From NCBI GenBank assembly GCA_964016885.1, contig OZ024741.1:303862001-303926000 (forward strand): a stretch of DNA of 64,000 nt, in the 5' to 3' direction. A program made the translations under genes and the position numbers. The stretch is from Eledone cirrhosa. Its lineage: Eukaryota. Every line of letters begins with the position of its first letter. Position 1 is the first letter of the stretch. Below the pieces are notes generated by a model that was not told the origin of the DNA, made no database searches, and saw nothing but the letters and a program-made list of their open reading frames with translations. Positions 26,367 through 43,953 of this stretch are shown here, one piece after another.

Positions 26367-26572
26367 TTATACATATATGTATATACATGTGTGATTAAAA
26401 GATAAATAGATAGATAGATGTGCATGTATACAGAGAAAGAGGGGGGAATTATTGATGGGAAGATAGAATGAAATACTGAAAACAAGAAAGAAAGCGAGAA
26501 AGAAAGCGAGAAAGAAAGAAAGAAAAGAAGGAAGAAAGAAAACGAGAAAGAAAGAAAAAAGATATAAAGAAG

Positions 26573-26626
<54 letters not shown>

Positions 26627-27104
26627 AAGAAAGAAAGAAGGAAAAGAAAGAAAGAAAGAAGAAAGAAATAAAGAGAGAAAGAATAAAAGAAAGAATAAAA
26701 GGAAAGAGTAAAAGAGTTATGAGGTCATTGTAGATCAAAGAGTGTAATGATGGTGGCGATATATGTTAAGTAGGTTCACAAAAGGATCCCCGTGTAGAAT
26801 GTAGCGGGGGGGAGGGGAGAAGGAGAGGGTGGTAGCTTAGCCTAGTCTCTCGTAGTCACCCCTACTTAAAAGTGTATGGAGGCCAGAAAAGGTGGAATAC
26901 AAGTTTATTGAAAGGGGGGAAGACATCAGTCAAAATTGATACATTTTGAGCCAAGTTTTTTTTTTGTCTCTGTTTTCCTATTTGTAATTTGTCCACTTAT
27001 CTCAGAGACTAACAGAAAATAAACAATGACGATACAATGGCTAAAAGGATCGACTTTTATTGTTACCATTAAGATTTTGTTAGATACTATCATTAAGATA
27101 TTGC

Positions 27105-27135
<31 letters not shown>

Positions 27136-27324
27136 GATGGTGATAATGATGATGGTGATGGTGATGGTGATGGTGATGACGACGACGACAACGGCGGCGA
27201 TGATGATGATGTTGATGATGATTTATGATGCTATAGCCCCGGGTCAGCCTTGATTGAACAGACCTCATGATCAAAGATATTACAGCCGTGACTACCACGA
27301 TCTGTTTAAGACTATTATATAGAC

Positions 27325-27460
27325 CGACCCCGTAAGGATGAAAGGCAAAGTTAATCCCGCCGAGGTTAACTTTGCCTTTCACCCTTACGGGGTCGATAAA
27401 ATAAAGTACCAGTAATACACTGAGATAATTTCTGGCCTTGTGCCAAAATTAGAAATCAGT
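27325..27460 (+). mobile_element. SINE family A with a fold-back (inverted) 5' end
   Basis: 30-bp arms 27325-27354 / 27366-27395, then the normal SINE 3' tail. Confidence 0.8.
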
Positions 27461-27555
27461 ATTTAGTTTCGTCAATTATACATTCTAAGGTTTACTTTTT
27501 TTATATCAATCCGCCTGAAGCCGCCCCTGGTTCTATAACAGAAATTCTGAGTTTT

Positions 27556-27828
27556 TCGAAGGATGAAAGGCAAAGTTAACCTAGGCAGGAGTTGAACTCA
27601 GACCGTAAAGGGCCGTAACTCTTTGCTGCAAAGCATGGCGTCCGACTCTCTACCGATATTAATAATTGTTTCTACTTTTGCAGTGCATTACTGGTTCTTT
27701 ATTTTATCGACCCCGTAAGGATGAAAGGCAAAGTTAACCTTGGCGGGATTTGAACTCAGACCATAAAGGGACGTAACTATGCTGGAAAGCATGGCGTCCG
27801 ACCTTCTACTGATACTGCCAATCCCCGC
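27556..27828 (-). mobile_element. Two adjacent SINE family A copies
   Basis: Repeated GAAAGGCAAAGTTAACC..GAACTCAGACC..GCATGGCGTCCGAC. Confidence 0.85.
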
Positions 27829-28840
27829 CCTGCTACTGATATTAATAATAACATTCGATTCGTTTGCAATTATGCAAACAAGTCTCAATTTTATAGCCAT
27901 GTCAGTAGAATGAACCCTTCATTCTTGCTCTTGTGATGGCATGTGAACAGAACTGCAGACACTAATGTTTCTGGGTATCAGTACAGCTCACTATTCACTT
28001 GCCAAACTGTCAGAGCCAGTGAAAATATATGCTATTTTCAAAAATACACAGTGATATGTAGAGCAAAAATTTTATTTTTTATATGATAATTAGAAATGTT
28101 TATATTTATCTAACTGGGGTTAAATTTGCTTTTCACCCATTCAAGGTCGATAAAAATGTACTAGTTGAGTATTGAGATCGATTCTTCCTCTGTATCTCTT
28201 TCTCACTTCCATTCTCTCTTTCTCTATCCTTGTTTTCAAACGAGGTTTTACTGGTACTTTATTTTATCGACCCCGTAAGGATGAAAGGCAAAGCTACGCA
28301 AGGTTTTAAAATGCCCAGAAACACCGTATATCAATACAGTGCCACTACGACATCCTCAGAAGTTACATACATTCATATTTATCTAAAAGCCTCAATAATT
28401 TCTATGTAGAAATCTTTATTAAGTTATTCCGCAAACACCAGCTTATTAATATGGGAAAGCTAATTATATAACTAAAACCCTCTAAATTTGTTTAATGATT
28501 TGGAAATCATAGTCAGTGACTTCCGGAAGAAACGTGGTAATGAAAGGGTTAAATCTCACCGAAGATCAACATTGCTTACCATCTAAGTACCAGTTATATA
28601 CTGAGGTCAAGGTAATATACTCCCCTTTTCCACTCTTTATGCTGATGTGTTATATCATTTTTGAGAGAGTGTCTGTGTGTGCCTGTGTGTGTAAGTGAGA
28701 GGGAGAGGGGAGGGAGAAAGAGAGCGGAAAGAGGGTAATGGAGTAAGAGAGAAAGAGAGAGAAAAGAAAGATAGAGAAAGAAAGGGTAAAAAGGAGGAGA
28801 AAATAGTGGAAGAAAGTGAAATTGGAAAAGAGGGTGAACG

Positions 28841-29100
28841 TGCGTGGCCTAGTGGTAAGTGTGTTGGACTTACGATCATAATGTCGTGGGTTCGATTCCT
28901 GGGTTGCGTGTTGTGTTCTTGAGCAAAACACTTCATTTCACGTTGCTCCAGTATACTCAGCTAAAGATGAATACCAACAATGGCTGGGGGAGTTAACCAT
29001 GCGATGGACTAGCGTGTTGTCTAGTGGGAGGTTTTGTACTTTGAGTCGCTTCACGCCACGGAAGCACCGGCCTGATGAGCCTCCGGGCTCGAGACAGACT
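28841..29100 (+). mobile_element. tRNA/CORE-type SINE with a V-domain-like segment
   Basis: TGGCCTAGTGG A box, GGTTCGATTCC B box, TTGTGTTCTTGAGCAAAACACTT, GCGATGGACTAGC; related head at 2535-2650. Confidence 0.7.
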
Positions 29101-29184
29101 TTAGTGAAAATGAAATGGGGGTCAGCGTAGTAGAGGGGTTGAGTGAGAAAAAAGGGAGAAATGGAAAGAAAGAGAAAAAGTGAA

Positions 29185-29488
29185 AGGGTCTTTGAAGTAA
29201 CGTTACTCGATAGAGTGCATAGCTCCGATACTATGAGATATGGGGTTAGAATGTCTCAGGAATGAATCGCTCGACATATTTTACGGACAAAACCAACTGA
29301 CAGGAGGCCCAAGAGTAGACCTCGTGCAAGATGATTGGATAACATCCATGAGCTTGGCTGGTCTAGCTTGGGGATCCAGCTGAATCAGTTGGAGCCGGTT
29401 GCTTCTGACAGGACCTGCTGGAAGGAGCTTTTGATGACTCTGCCTCCACGACCCTCTCATGAATAAGTGGGCAAAGAAGAAGAAGAAC
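29185..29488 (+). mobile_element. RTE-clade LINE 3' fragment with (AAG)n tail
   Basis: Matches 16770-17040 and 38786-39045. Confidence 0.8.
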
Positions 29489-30244
29489 CTTTGTTATGCT
29501 AACACCAAACATCATGTTAATAATGAGCAAGTTTGTTATTTTAATAAATCCATTCAAATTCTTGATTATTTTCAAAATAATTTGAAAACCATGGGTAGTG
29601 CCTTTCATTAGAAATATAATAAAGAAATGGTTAAAGTTATTAAAACTATCGCTACTTTCTTCATGTGTGTCTGCATGTTCAATTGTCATCATTTTATTGT
29701 CTGTTCATCAATTTATTTTATTTTTTGTTGCTTTTTTTTCCTTCTAACCTGCCTTTACAAAGTTATCGACCTGTTTTTTGAAGTTGTTTGCGAATATGAT
29801 TGTGGATAGCACCTCTTCTCGCTGAGCATTGCACAGACACGGTCACCCTTAAAGTGGTTCTCAGCGAAATTCAGCGTAATATATATGTGACAAGGCTGGT
29901 CCTTGGATTACAGGTACAATTTTCGCTATCTGAGTGAAATAGAGCAGCGTGAAGGCCAGCAATTACCCAGTACATTACTGGTACTTTATTTTATCGACCC
30001 CGTAAGGATGAATTGGTAGAGTGGTTACAACGTTGGATAGAATGTTTTGAGGTATTTATTCTGGCTCTCAGCGCCCTGAATTCAAAACCCGCAGAAATCA
30101 ATTTTGCTTTTCATTCAGTCCAGTACTGGGTCGATTCTCCCTCTATATCTCTTTCTCACCTCCTCTTTCTCTCTCTCCCTCTTTCTCTTTCTCTCTCTGG
30201 CTCTCTCTCACACACACACACTCTCTCTCTCTCACACACACACA

Positions 30245-30341
<97 letters not shown>

Positions 30342-31175
30342 TCTGGAAGAGGTTTCCTATGTTCAAACCCGGAGTGAGATGGGCTCCGTCAGGTTTTAAA
30401 AGTCCAAGAAACGCTGTATGTCGTTACAGCCCCATACATATGCACTTGCTGATTATCACCATTAGGTCATGACAATCACCAGTTGAAAATAGTTTTTTAA
30501 ACGAAAGAAGCAAGGAAGAAAAAGAAAGAAACAAACAAACAAACAAAAAATAATGAAAGAAAGATTGAATGAATAGATATTAAAAGAAAGGCTTTAAAAA
30601 TCAATGAATAGATGAATAAAATAAATTTATGGAAGCCGACAATATATTGGTTTATCAAATAGCCGCCTTTTGCAGATATGTCTGAGGGATTTATTTGTCA
30701 GAATATATAACCACGTAGAAGACCGGTGAGAAAGCGGCAACGAATCTCTTCAACAATTAATATCATAGATTAGAGATTAGAATAGGACTTAGGGCTTGGA
30801 TTAAAGAGTTATTAAAGCCCTTTTCTGGCTGGTTTCAACTAAAACTACGAAAAAACGAAGTTGTTTTTGTATTCAGTCACAAATTTTTCTTTGTTTGGAC
30901 TGAAAGCCTTTTATTGAATTTTATCGATTTCACAGGTTTGCAACGTCTACTGTGTATACTTAATAAAAGACAAGACAGGGTTATAGAGTATTCAAAGCCA
31001 TTAGGCGGGGCGGGGACATCAGAGTAAATAACGCTAACTGAGAGTAAAGGTCAGAAATTCGAATAATAGAGAGGGGGATCCTTATTATATTGTCTTTGAA
31101 ATGTGCGCTATGTAAATTCCGTTTGGCGTTATTTTAGGTGTATATTCATATGGGGAAATCTGTGTATATGCATAC

Positions 31176-31222
<47 letters not shown>

Positions 31223-31335
31223 CAGGGTGTCCCAAAAAATGTATACATATTTGATTACCTGTACAGGCAATATTTGTTAGAATGCTTTTGAAGTGTGTAT
31301 ATATTTTTTTTTTTTTTGGGGGGGGGGACACTCTG
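31223..31335. mobile_element. Tc1-like MITE
   Basis: TA|CAGGGTGTCCCAAAAAATGTATAC ... GGGACACTCTG. Confidence 0.75.
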
Positions 31336-31337
31336 TG

Positions 31338-31393
<56 letters not shown>

Positions 31394-31823
31394 CATATGT
31401 GTGCACGAACGCACATTCTTAAAGATAGCGTGTTCGGGATTAATCTTTGGTTATGTGTTCCTGTTAGGGAGAGAAGGAAAGACCCCAATATAATTTTTTG
31501 TCTAATATAATTTTTCCGCACAATCATTTTTTTTTTTGCGGGTGGGGGGAGATAATCATTCGCCAATTTTAGTCGTGTATATCGACTCAGGTACTTAATC
31601 TAGTACAGGGGTCCCAGTAGTTTGTAGATATCACCCAGATCCCCCTTTGGGACAATCCGGGTTCGGTTGAATTGTGAGACCAAAACTTGACATCTCTGTA
31701 AGAAATGAAAATATACAAAATAATACAATGAAATAAATCACGTATATTTATTCATTACTCTATTTTCTTCTTCTTCTTCTTCTTCTTAAAATCCTTATTA
31801 TTATTATTATTATTATTATTAAA

Positions 31824-32042
31824 AGGCGATGGATTGGCAGTATTGGTAGAGGGTCTGACGCCATGCTTTGCAGCATAGAGTTACGGCCCTTTACAGTCTG
31901 AGTTCAAATCCTGCCAAGGTTAACTTTGCCTTACATCCTTACGGGGTCGATAAAATAAAGCACCAGTAACGCATTGGGGTCGATATAATCGACCTTCCCT
32001 TCCCCAAATTGCTGGCCTTGTGCCTATAGTAGACATCATTAT
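31824..32042 (+). mobile_element. SINE family A, full length
   Basis: Head, B box GTTCAAATCC, Meta-like body and tail are all present. Confidence 0.9.
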
Positions 32043-32374
32043 TACAAAGGGAATGGGTTGCATCGAGTTAAAATACCCGAGAATATATTCCTACGGCGCC
32101 CCTAAAACAGAATCAGTAGTTAAAGGATCATGCATGTATCTATCGAATAACTAAGTTACGACATTACCGTTTTTATTTGACCCAGTGACTTATTTCTCAA
32201 CGATCTAAACAAACAGACACATACTACGATCTTTCGCACAGTAAACATCAAATATATTTTCTTACGAGGCATTGGTAATCGAGAGGTTATAGCAGAAGGC
32301 ACTTACAATCCGTTATTGTGTTCCTTAGTCACTACAATAGTAACAACTAAATATGAAAATACACTCTTGACAGG

Positions 32375-32836
32375 TGCAATGTGTCCGAACACGGAAGAGT
32401 CGAACTCCCACTGTCATCGCCTCTATCTCTCTCGCTCTCCCCATCTCTCTGTATAGTGAGCAAATGGGGTCCCACGTGTTGGCGGCCCTACAGCCCCGGC
32501 GGACAGAATGGAGAAGGCGTTTCCCCGGAGGAAGAGCCTTTCCATCTCGCGAGGCTCACACCTGCGGCTAGCCAGCTCAGCGCCTATAGTGGTGAGTAGG
32601 GCGGTAACCCTAGGAACAAGGACACCAGAAGTTTCCACTGCCAAGGGCACGACCGCAAACCTGTCGGAGAGCGACCGGTACTTGGAGAGTTTACCCTCTT
32701 CAGCCCGACGTGCAGCAGAACCTGGGTTAGTCCCAGACTGCACCAGGTTGGGGCTGGAGAAAGTGTCGCTACAAGTGGCACCCAGACGAGGGGTTTGCCA
32801 CCGCGGAACGGGAAGATGGTCATACCGTCTGGCAAG
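32375..32836 (-). mobile_element. CRE-clade RLE LINE 3' fragment
   Basis: PDGMTIFPFRGGKPLVW / ATCSDT..AARRAEEGKLSKY..VPLAVETSG..RGNAFSIL, a restriction-like endonuclease; frameshifted. Confidence 0.85.
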
Positions 32837-33249
32837 ATTTATAACTTGGTGGTTGCAGTTACTATTCAAAATTTGGTTGTAACTACAGCCATTTACTGCA
32901 ATATTTTTCATCATTATGATGTATATATATATATCGATATATTGATCGATTTCTAGTTTAGACACAAGGCCAACAAATTTGGGAAAAGGGGGAAAATTGA
33001 GTAAATCACCCCAGTACTTGAGTGGTACTTTATTTCAATGACTCCAGGTGGCGTTAAAGGCAAAGGTGACCTAGGTGGGATTTGAACTCAGAAGGTAAAG
33101 AGCTAGAACGAATACTGCAATATCATTTTATCTGACGCTCTACTGATTCTGCCAATTCACTATCATTTTTTTGTTATTATAATATTAGAATATATATTTA
33201 TTTACTTGTTCGGTAGTCTCATGTTGCTTCAAATGTATACCTACGTAGG

Positions 33250-35290
<2,041 letters not shown>

Positions 35291-35446
35291 TTAAAGTATA
35301 CGTTCATAATCCATGTAAAGAAAAGGAAATAGTCGTTTGATTTGACTCCGTGTGTTTTCTAATCACCGTCTGAGGATGAAGGACATTCAACATTGATGCA
35401 GGTGTGATTTGAACTCAGAACATAAAAATTGCGACACAAATAAAAT

Positions 35447-35627
35447 TAATTGTTTCTACTTTAGGCACAAGGCCGGCAATTAACCAGTACATTACTGGTA
35501 CTTTATTTTATCGACCCCGTAAGGATGAAAGGCAAAGTTAACCTCGGCGGGAATTGAACTCAGACTGTAAAGGGACGTAACTATGCTAGAAAGCATGGCG
35601 TCCAACCCTCTGCCGATACTGCCAATC
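35447..35627 (-). mobile_element. SINE family A
   Basis: Near-consensus copy; others at 32945-33160, 36815-36980 and 39915-40098. Confidence 0.88.
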
Positions 35628-37025
35628 TGACATTCAGATGCCTTAGTATATAAATCCGATAATTTTTTCTTGCTTTGGCATGCTGGGAAAAATCTGTAAT
35701 ATACTGGGTTGATTAAATCGTTCCAGTACATTATTAATACTTCATTTTATCATACAAGGAAAAGTGAAACACGAAGCTGACCTCTAAGGGATTTGAACTC
35801 AGAACGTGACGGGTCGTAACGGGTCAAAGCACTTGGTCTGATTCTCTACAAATTCTGCCAATCCACCACCCAATAATTCCGACATTGTCACTTTACAGAT
35901 ATATCGTGACCTTCCTCCGCTCTATCCCTGGTCTCCTACAAATAATGTATTAGTGTGCCCTTCCACTCTCTGATTATACTATCAATAAATACTTTTGAAT
36001 TTTGAAAATGTGACATTCACAAACACAGAAAATATAAAACACTCTTAACTTTTCGATAATACATAATATTTAGATATGCTTCATCATTTCTAACATGCAT
36101 TGCAGAAATTTTTAACACTACTTCTAACATGCTTCTAACAAACCATGCTTATTAGACACGGTGGGTGTTTCAGTATTGATGTTATACACTCAGGTAACAA
36201 GTCTTTCCTTTTGTCTGCGCTTCACATATTTTAATTTATCGCTTCCAAAAACTGAAATCTTTGCAATCATCACATAATATTTATTTCGTTGTTCATCTAC
36301 TAAGACTTCTTTACCATAAAGACGTTTCTTTTCTTGATGAACATTCTCGAGGTGTTTCTCTTTCCTTTTTGATTTTGGTTTGTCTTAGTATTCTGTCAAG
36401 CCGACGAATTGACAGAACCGTTAGAACATCGGAGAGAATGGTTTGCTCTCTGCTCAAATCCCGCTGAGATCATTTCATCCACTCGAGGTCGATAAAAAAA
36501 AGTACCAGTCTCGTACTGGGGTCGATTCTTCATCTATATATCTTTCTCATTTCCATTCTCTCACTTTCAATACTTTGGAAGAAATCTGTTTTGTTCAGAT
36601 CTGGAGAGGGGCGGGAGGGTGGTCCGCCAGGAAAAATGCCTAAGAAAAACCGTATGCTACTACAGCGCACCTATGACTCCACCAGAAATTACAGGTCTAA
36701 GAAAAGAGTATTCTGATAATACCTCGATTCTCCTTTTCATTTGTTTGACATTTTTTACCTGTTAGGTCAGTATTTGATTTTATACTCTATAAAGTACAGA
36801 CGAGTTAACCCTATAATTAATTGTTTCTACTTTTAGCACAAGGCCAGCAATTACCCAGTACGTTACTGGTAATTTTATCGACCCCGTAAGGATGAAAGGC
36901 AAAGTTAACCTTGGCGGGATTTGAACTCAGAACGTAAAGGGACGTAACTATGCTGTAAAGCATGGCGTCCGATCCTCTGGCAAGCTGAACACCCCAAGCC
37001 TCCTACTTTCACAAACGCAAACTTA

Positions 37026-37327
37026 TACTCTCGGATCCCAAATAATAGGGGGTGGAATAAGCGGGTGGGGCGTTGTTGGACAATCGGTAATTTTTCTAGG
37101 TTGTCTCTGTTGATTTTTAAAAAAAACAGAATTAGTTGTTTAGTTTACATATTGAGACCCCAACCCATCCTATTTATTTTGTAACGTATGGGATTTCTAG
37201 TAATATAATTTTCTTGTCATATATAATGTTTTTTAATGTATAAAGAAAATTAAATGACGTAGGAATGCTACCACTTAAAATAAAATTTCGCCGGAGATAA
37301 AATTTGCAAACCTTAATAACCGGGATG

Positions 37328-37358
<31 letters not shown>

Positions 37359-37414
37359 GGGTCTGAAAAATTAATAAGCTTAGAGAGGTAGTGATCATAC
37401 GAGACCAGAGAGTA
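37026..37414. mobile_element. MITE-like element with TACTCTC...GAGAGTA ends
   Basis: Homologous copies at 52752-53100 (same strand) and 55990-56180 (inverted). Confidence 0.7.
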
Positions 37415-37599
37415 CACATAAACATAAACTGTTAAACGCTGAATTAATCAGTCAACTGTTTTAACATTCTCCGCTCGGGTGGCTTTAGCGGAATTCTCTC
37501 TGTGGCATGCATTCAGACAAGATCACTAGACAGAGATATCAAGACTGTCCCTGACCTATTTCGGGTGTCCTACAAATAAACCATTGGGGCTTCCCTTCA

Positions 37600-39146
37600 A
37601 CTATCTGACTGAGCCTTCAATAAATACCCACATAATCTCATATTTTCATAAATATGAACACAATCTTTATACATTCTTCCAGCTCAGAGACATCCATAAA
37701 TATAAATGGTATAAGGGGAATCAGGCTCAGAGATCAATAATTGATTTTGTTATGGTCTTTAATCTCTTCGATTCTGTGCTGGGTGTTCGCGTTAAGAGAG
37801 GGGCTGAGCTATCAACTGATCACAATCTAGTTATCTGCAAATTGAGTTTACCTAAAACCAAAGAAGCCCAAAAAGCTAGCATGCCCAGGGCGACCTACAG
37901 GATAAAATGAGAAGCGTTGGTTGATAAGGAAATCAGGAACAGGTATGCAGACACTATTGCATACAAATTCAGAGAACTCCCTGAGTAAACTGAGGATGTT
38001 GAGACAGAGTGGCGATTGTTCAGCTCAGCAGTTTCTGCTTCAGTTGTTAAACACTGATCGCGAAAGAGGCTTGGTGTGTACCAAATGGCATGAGGTCCCC
38101 TTGGTCCAATCAAGAAGTCAAAGGTGCCATCCGAGCAAAGAAGGGAGCCTACAAATCTGGGCTTGGAAATAAGTCGTCCTTCTTGCACTTGCAGTACAAG
38201 CAGACACGAAAAATCGCAGCAGAGACAGTAAAGGTATCCAAAATTAAGACATGAATGAAATTTGGGGTTAAGCTGGAATCCGCCTTATGATCAGCAAATA
38301 AAGTGTTCTAGCAGACCTCCACCGACTTCGTGATAAGAAGTTCTCTTCCACACCTGCTACCAGGAACGCGTCTGGAGTTCTCCTCTCTTCAGAGAGGTGC
38401 ATCCTCGTGAGGTGGAGAGAATACTTTATTGATCTCCTAAACCTGATCACAACAGCATCTGATGTACACGAGGTGCATCTGGGACCGATGACTAATCTTT
38501 CAGAGGCTGGGGTCACAAGAGCAGTTAAGAGTTCAAATGTGGCAAGGCTGCTGAGAAAGATGAAATCTAGCCCGAGATGTTAAAAGTCTTAAATGATTCG
38601 TGTGTTCAGGGTGGCCTGAATCTTTGGAAAGACAATTAAGCAATGGCAATCGGGAGTGATAATCCCAATTTTCAAAAAGGGAGACAAGAGAGATTGTTCC
38701 AATTGCAAAGGGATCTCTTTATTAAGCCTCCCCAGTGAGGTCTATGCTAAGTGTCTGGCAAAGAGATGCAGAGAGACTGTCGAGATTACTCGATAGAGTG
38801 CGTAACTCGAAGATCAGAGAGTCACTCCAGATAGAGCCGCTACTTCTGCGAATTGAGAGGTTTCAGCTCTGATACTATAAGATATGTGGTTAGAATATCT
38901 CAGGAAAGAATCTCTCGACAGATTTTACGTGCAAAACCAACCGGCAGGAGACCTAGGAGTAGACCCCAGGCATGCTTGTCTGATTTCGTTTGGGAATCCA
39001 GCTGGATCAGTTAAAGACAGTTACTTCTGACATGACCCGCTGGAAGAAGAAGAAGAAGAAGAAGAAGAAGAAGAAGAAGAAGAAGAAGAAGAAGAAGAAG
39101 AAGAAGAAGAAGAAGAAGAAGAAGAAGAAGAAGAAGAAGAAGAAGA
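37600..39146 (+). mobile_element. Decayed RTE-clade LINE (EN end, RT start, internal deletion, 3' part) ending in (GAA)n
   Basis: RSIIDFV..VRVKRGAELSTDHNLV, IPIFKKGDKRDCSN; same family as 15680-17050; long GAA run 39043-39146. Confidence 0.85.
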
Positions 39147-39217
39147 ATCTTTTGCTGCTAGAATTCTATTCTATTAGGCTTAACCCTAACGCGCGCACGC
39201 GTCTGTTGTGCGTGTGT

Positions 39218-39527
39218 TGAACCTCCGTAGGTTCCGACGACGAGTGTTCAAGTCGTTTTATCAACAGAACAACCTGCTCGTGTGATTAACGTACAGGTGG
39301 CTGGACATTCTACAAACACGTGTACCCTTAATGTAGTTCTCAGTGAAATTTAGAATGACAGTGTGTGACAAGGATGACTTTTTGAATTACAGGAACATAC
39401 AACTAATTTTTTCCAGCGGAATGTACATGAAATAAAGTGTCATGCTCAAGAATCTAATGTGCCACTGGGCATCGAACTGACGACCGTGAGCTGAACACCG
39501 CTCACCAATAAGCCACGCGCCTTCACA
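39218..39527 (-). mobile_element. SINE family C
   Basis: Aligns with 23465-23753. Confidence 0.75.
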
Positions 39528-39709
39528 CCTTATGACTAACACGTAAATAATATAAACATAAGCACACGTTTTCTGAAATACACACACAAACATGCAAACA
39601 CACACACAGTCGCGCGCACGCACACACACACAATCTCGCATACATGCACAGGCACACTTATACACGTATCCTCATAGACAACGACACACACACGTGCACC
39701 CCCCCCCCC

Positions 39710-39750
<41 letters not shown>

Positions 39751-40144
39751 TGAGAGTACGTCGGTTTTCAAGGTTTATCGATCGACCAGCAGATCTGTGA
39801 AGTAGATATTCTCAGCCACTTGAGATAGAGTCGAGAGGGACAAGGGTGGAAATGCAATGAAATGTTATTGTCGAGGTTAAAACAAAGGGGTAGCAAATTT
39901 GATTATATTCCATTATAATAATTGTTTCTACTTTTGGCACAAGGCCAGCAATTACCCAGTACATTACTGGTACTTTATTTTCTCGACCCCGTAAGGATGA
40001 AAGGCAAAGTTAACCTCGACGGGATTTAAACTCAGACCATAAAGGGACGTAACTATGCTGGAAAGCATGGCGTCCGACCCTCTACCGATACTGCCAATTC
40101 ACAATAATGTGTATGGATGAGAGACAGTCAGGTAAATAGATACA

Positions 40145-40352
40145 TATACACATACGTTCACACATACACATACGTTCACACATACACATACGTTCACACA
40201 TACACATACGTTCACACATACACATACGTTCACACATACACATACGTTCACACATACACATACGTTCACACATACACATACGTTCACACATACACATACG
40301 TTCACACATACACATACGTTCACACATACACATACGTTCACACATACACATA
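40145..40352. repeat. 18-bp minisatellite (CATACGTTCACACATACA) x~11
   Basis: Directly visible. Confidence 0.95.
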
Positions 40353-40356
40353 CATA

Positions 40357-40572
40357 CGAGGGGGTGCTGAAAAGTTCCTGGCTTTGGGTAAAAGAAAATT
40401 CAGGAGAATAAGTTAATTATGATTTTATTCAACATATTCTCCTCTCAGATTCGCACACTTATTGCAGCGATCCTTCTGTTTTTCTAAGCCTGTAAAAAGA
40501 ACGCGGAAGGTTGGGCCTCCAGCCAAGCCTCTGCGATACCCTTAAAACCAGGAACTTTTCAGCACCTCCTCG
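40357..40572. mobile_element. Mariner-like MITE
   Basis: TA|CGAGGGGGTGCTGAAAAGTTCCTGG ... CCAGGAACTTTTCAGCACCTCCTCG. Confidence 0.85.
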
Positions 40573-40660
40573 TGTATATAGACAAAGAGAAGTAGAGAGA
40601 GAGGCGGGGCGATATACATATTTATAACTATAATAAATGAAGAATATATATACAGATATA

Positions 40661-41491
<831 letters not shown>

Positions 41492-41626
41492 TGCTGATTT
41501 CATACGAATGAAACAGTTCTGATCATATAGAAGTAATTTATATATAAAATAAATATACCTATTCCCTATTAATGTAGCTTTTTTTAACCGTGGTCACCTC
41601 ACGATACGCATCGGGAATCCACACAC

Positions 41627-42560
<934 letters not shown>

Positions 42561-42747
42561 TTATGCAAGAAATGCTTAGGATTATCCTGAATGCAGTAAT
42601 GGTTAATTACTACACTAGATAGAGTCAACGTAGTGTGAGGGGTTACTCAACGAGTTATGAAAGAACAGTTAAAGAAACTCGGTTTCCGATTCTTCTGTAT
42701 TCCGGAGTGTAGATAAAGAATGATGTCTACCTGTTTTATTATTCATT

Positions 42748-43070
<323 letters not shown>

Positions 43071-43086
43071 TATTATTACTATATAT

Positions 43087-43858
43087 AATTCCGGTTTGTA
43101 TTTACTTTCTTGATTTATTCTTAAATTGAGTCTGGCAAACCCTATTGTCTATAGTTAGTATTCTTTTCACCTTAGCCAATCTGGTCCCTTACGATTTGAA
43201 CACATATATCTATATATCTGTGTTCGTTTTTCTTTTATATACAGTTATAATATACGGCCTCGGAAAAATCTCTTTCCTAGAGCTATTTTATCGTAAGAGA
43301 CTATTTTGAGTTTCTAACTCAATATATACCTTTGATATATTCGGCTCCGCTAATTTGTTGAGCTAATTCAAATGTCGAGTAAACCTGGCTGCTATTTTTA
43401 GTGGTGTGAGTTTGTGAGACACGCTAAGTTCAGATACCATGTGCGTTATTATATATACGCACACTATTCAGTTTTTTTATATACTTAGGAGTGACCATGA
43501 TACTAATAATTCTTCACCCACTGATGGCAAGAATTGGTATTCCTCTTCACAATTAATTTTGCGAAACAGCATTATCAAAGCTGTCTGGGTGATTGGTAGT
43601 TACCACAATTCCGGTTTGTATTTATTTTCTTGGTTTATTCTTAAATTGAGTCTGGCAAACCCTATTGCCTATAGTTAGTATTCTTTTGACCTTAACGAAT
43701 CTGGTCCCTTACGATTTGAACACATATATCTATATATCTGTGTTCGTTTTTCTTTTATATACAGTTATAATATCCAGCTCGGAAAAATCTCTTTCCTAGA
43801 GGTATTTTATTGTAAGAGACCATTTTTATTTCTAACTCAATATATACCTTTGATATAT
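43087..43858 (+). mobile_element. Retrozyme-like element, 1.5 tandem units (period 520), in (TA)n
   Basis: 43087-43340 repeats at 43607-43858; contains a hammerhead fold. Confidence 0.8.
43514..43592 (+). ncRNA. Type I hammerhead ribozyme (core A9 missing in this copy)
   Basis: TCACCCA-CTGATG(-)-GCAAGA..TTTTGC-GAAA-CAGC(ATTATCAAA)GCTG-TC^TGGGTGA: perfect 7-bp stem I, 5-bp stem III, GUC site after 43585. Confidence 0.75.
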
Positions 43859-43882
43859 ACTGATATATACCTTATATATATA

Positions 43883-43953
<71 letters not shown>

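Noticed and set aside
28841-28915. Functional tRNA genes at SINE heads
   Set aside because: A/B boxes are present but there is no intact cloverleaf, and each continues into a SINE body.
29065-29100. CTGATGA-GCC(TCCG)GGC hammerhead-like start in a SINE tail
   Set aside because: Followed by TCGAGAC rather than GAAA, with no stem I/III.
39178-39218. TAACCCTAAC, resembling a telomerase RNA template, beside a hairpin
   Set aside because: Only ~70 nt lie between a LINE tail and a SINE, leaving no room for pseudoknot, CR4/5 or H/ACA domains.
40145-40352. Regular short repeats suggestive of a CRISPR array
   Set aside because: Head-to-tail minisatellite without unique spacers, in a eukaryotic context.
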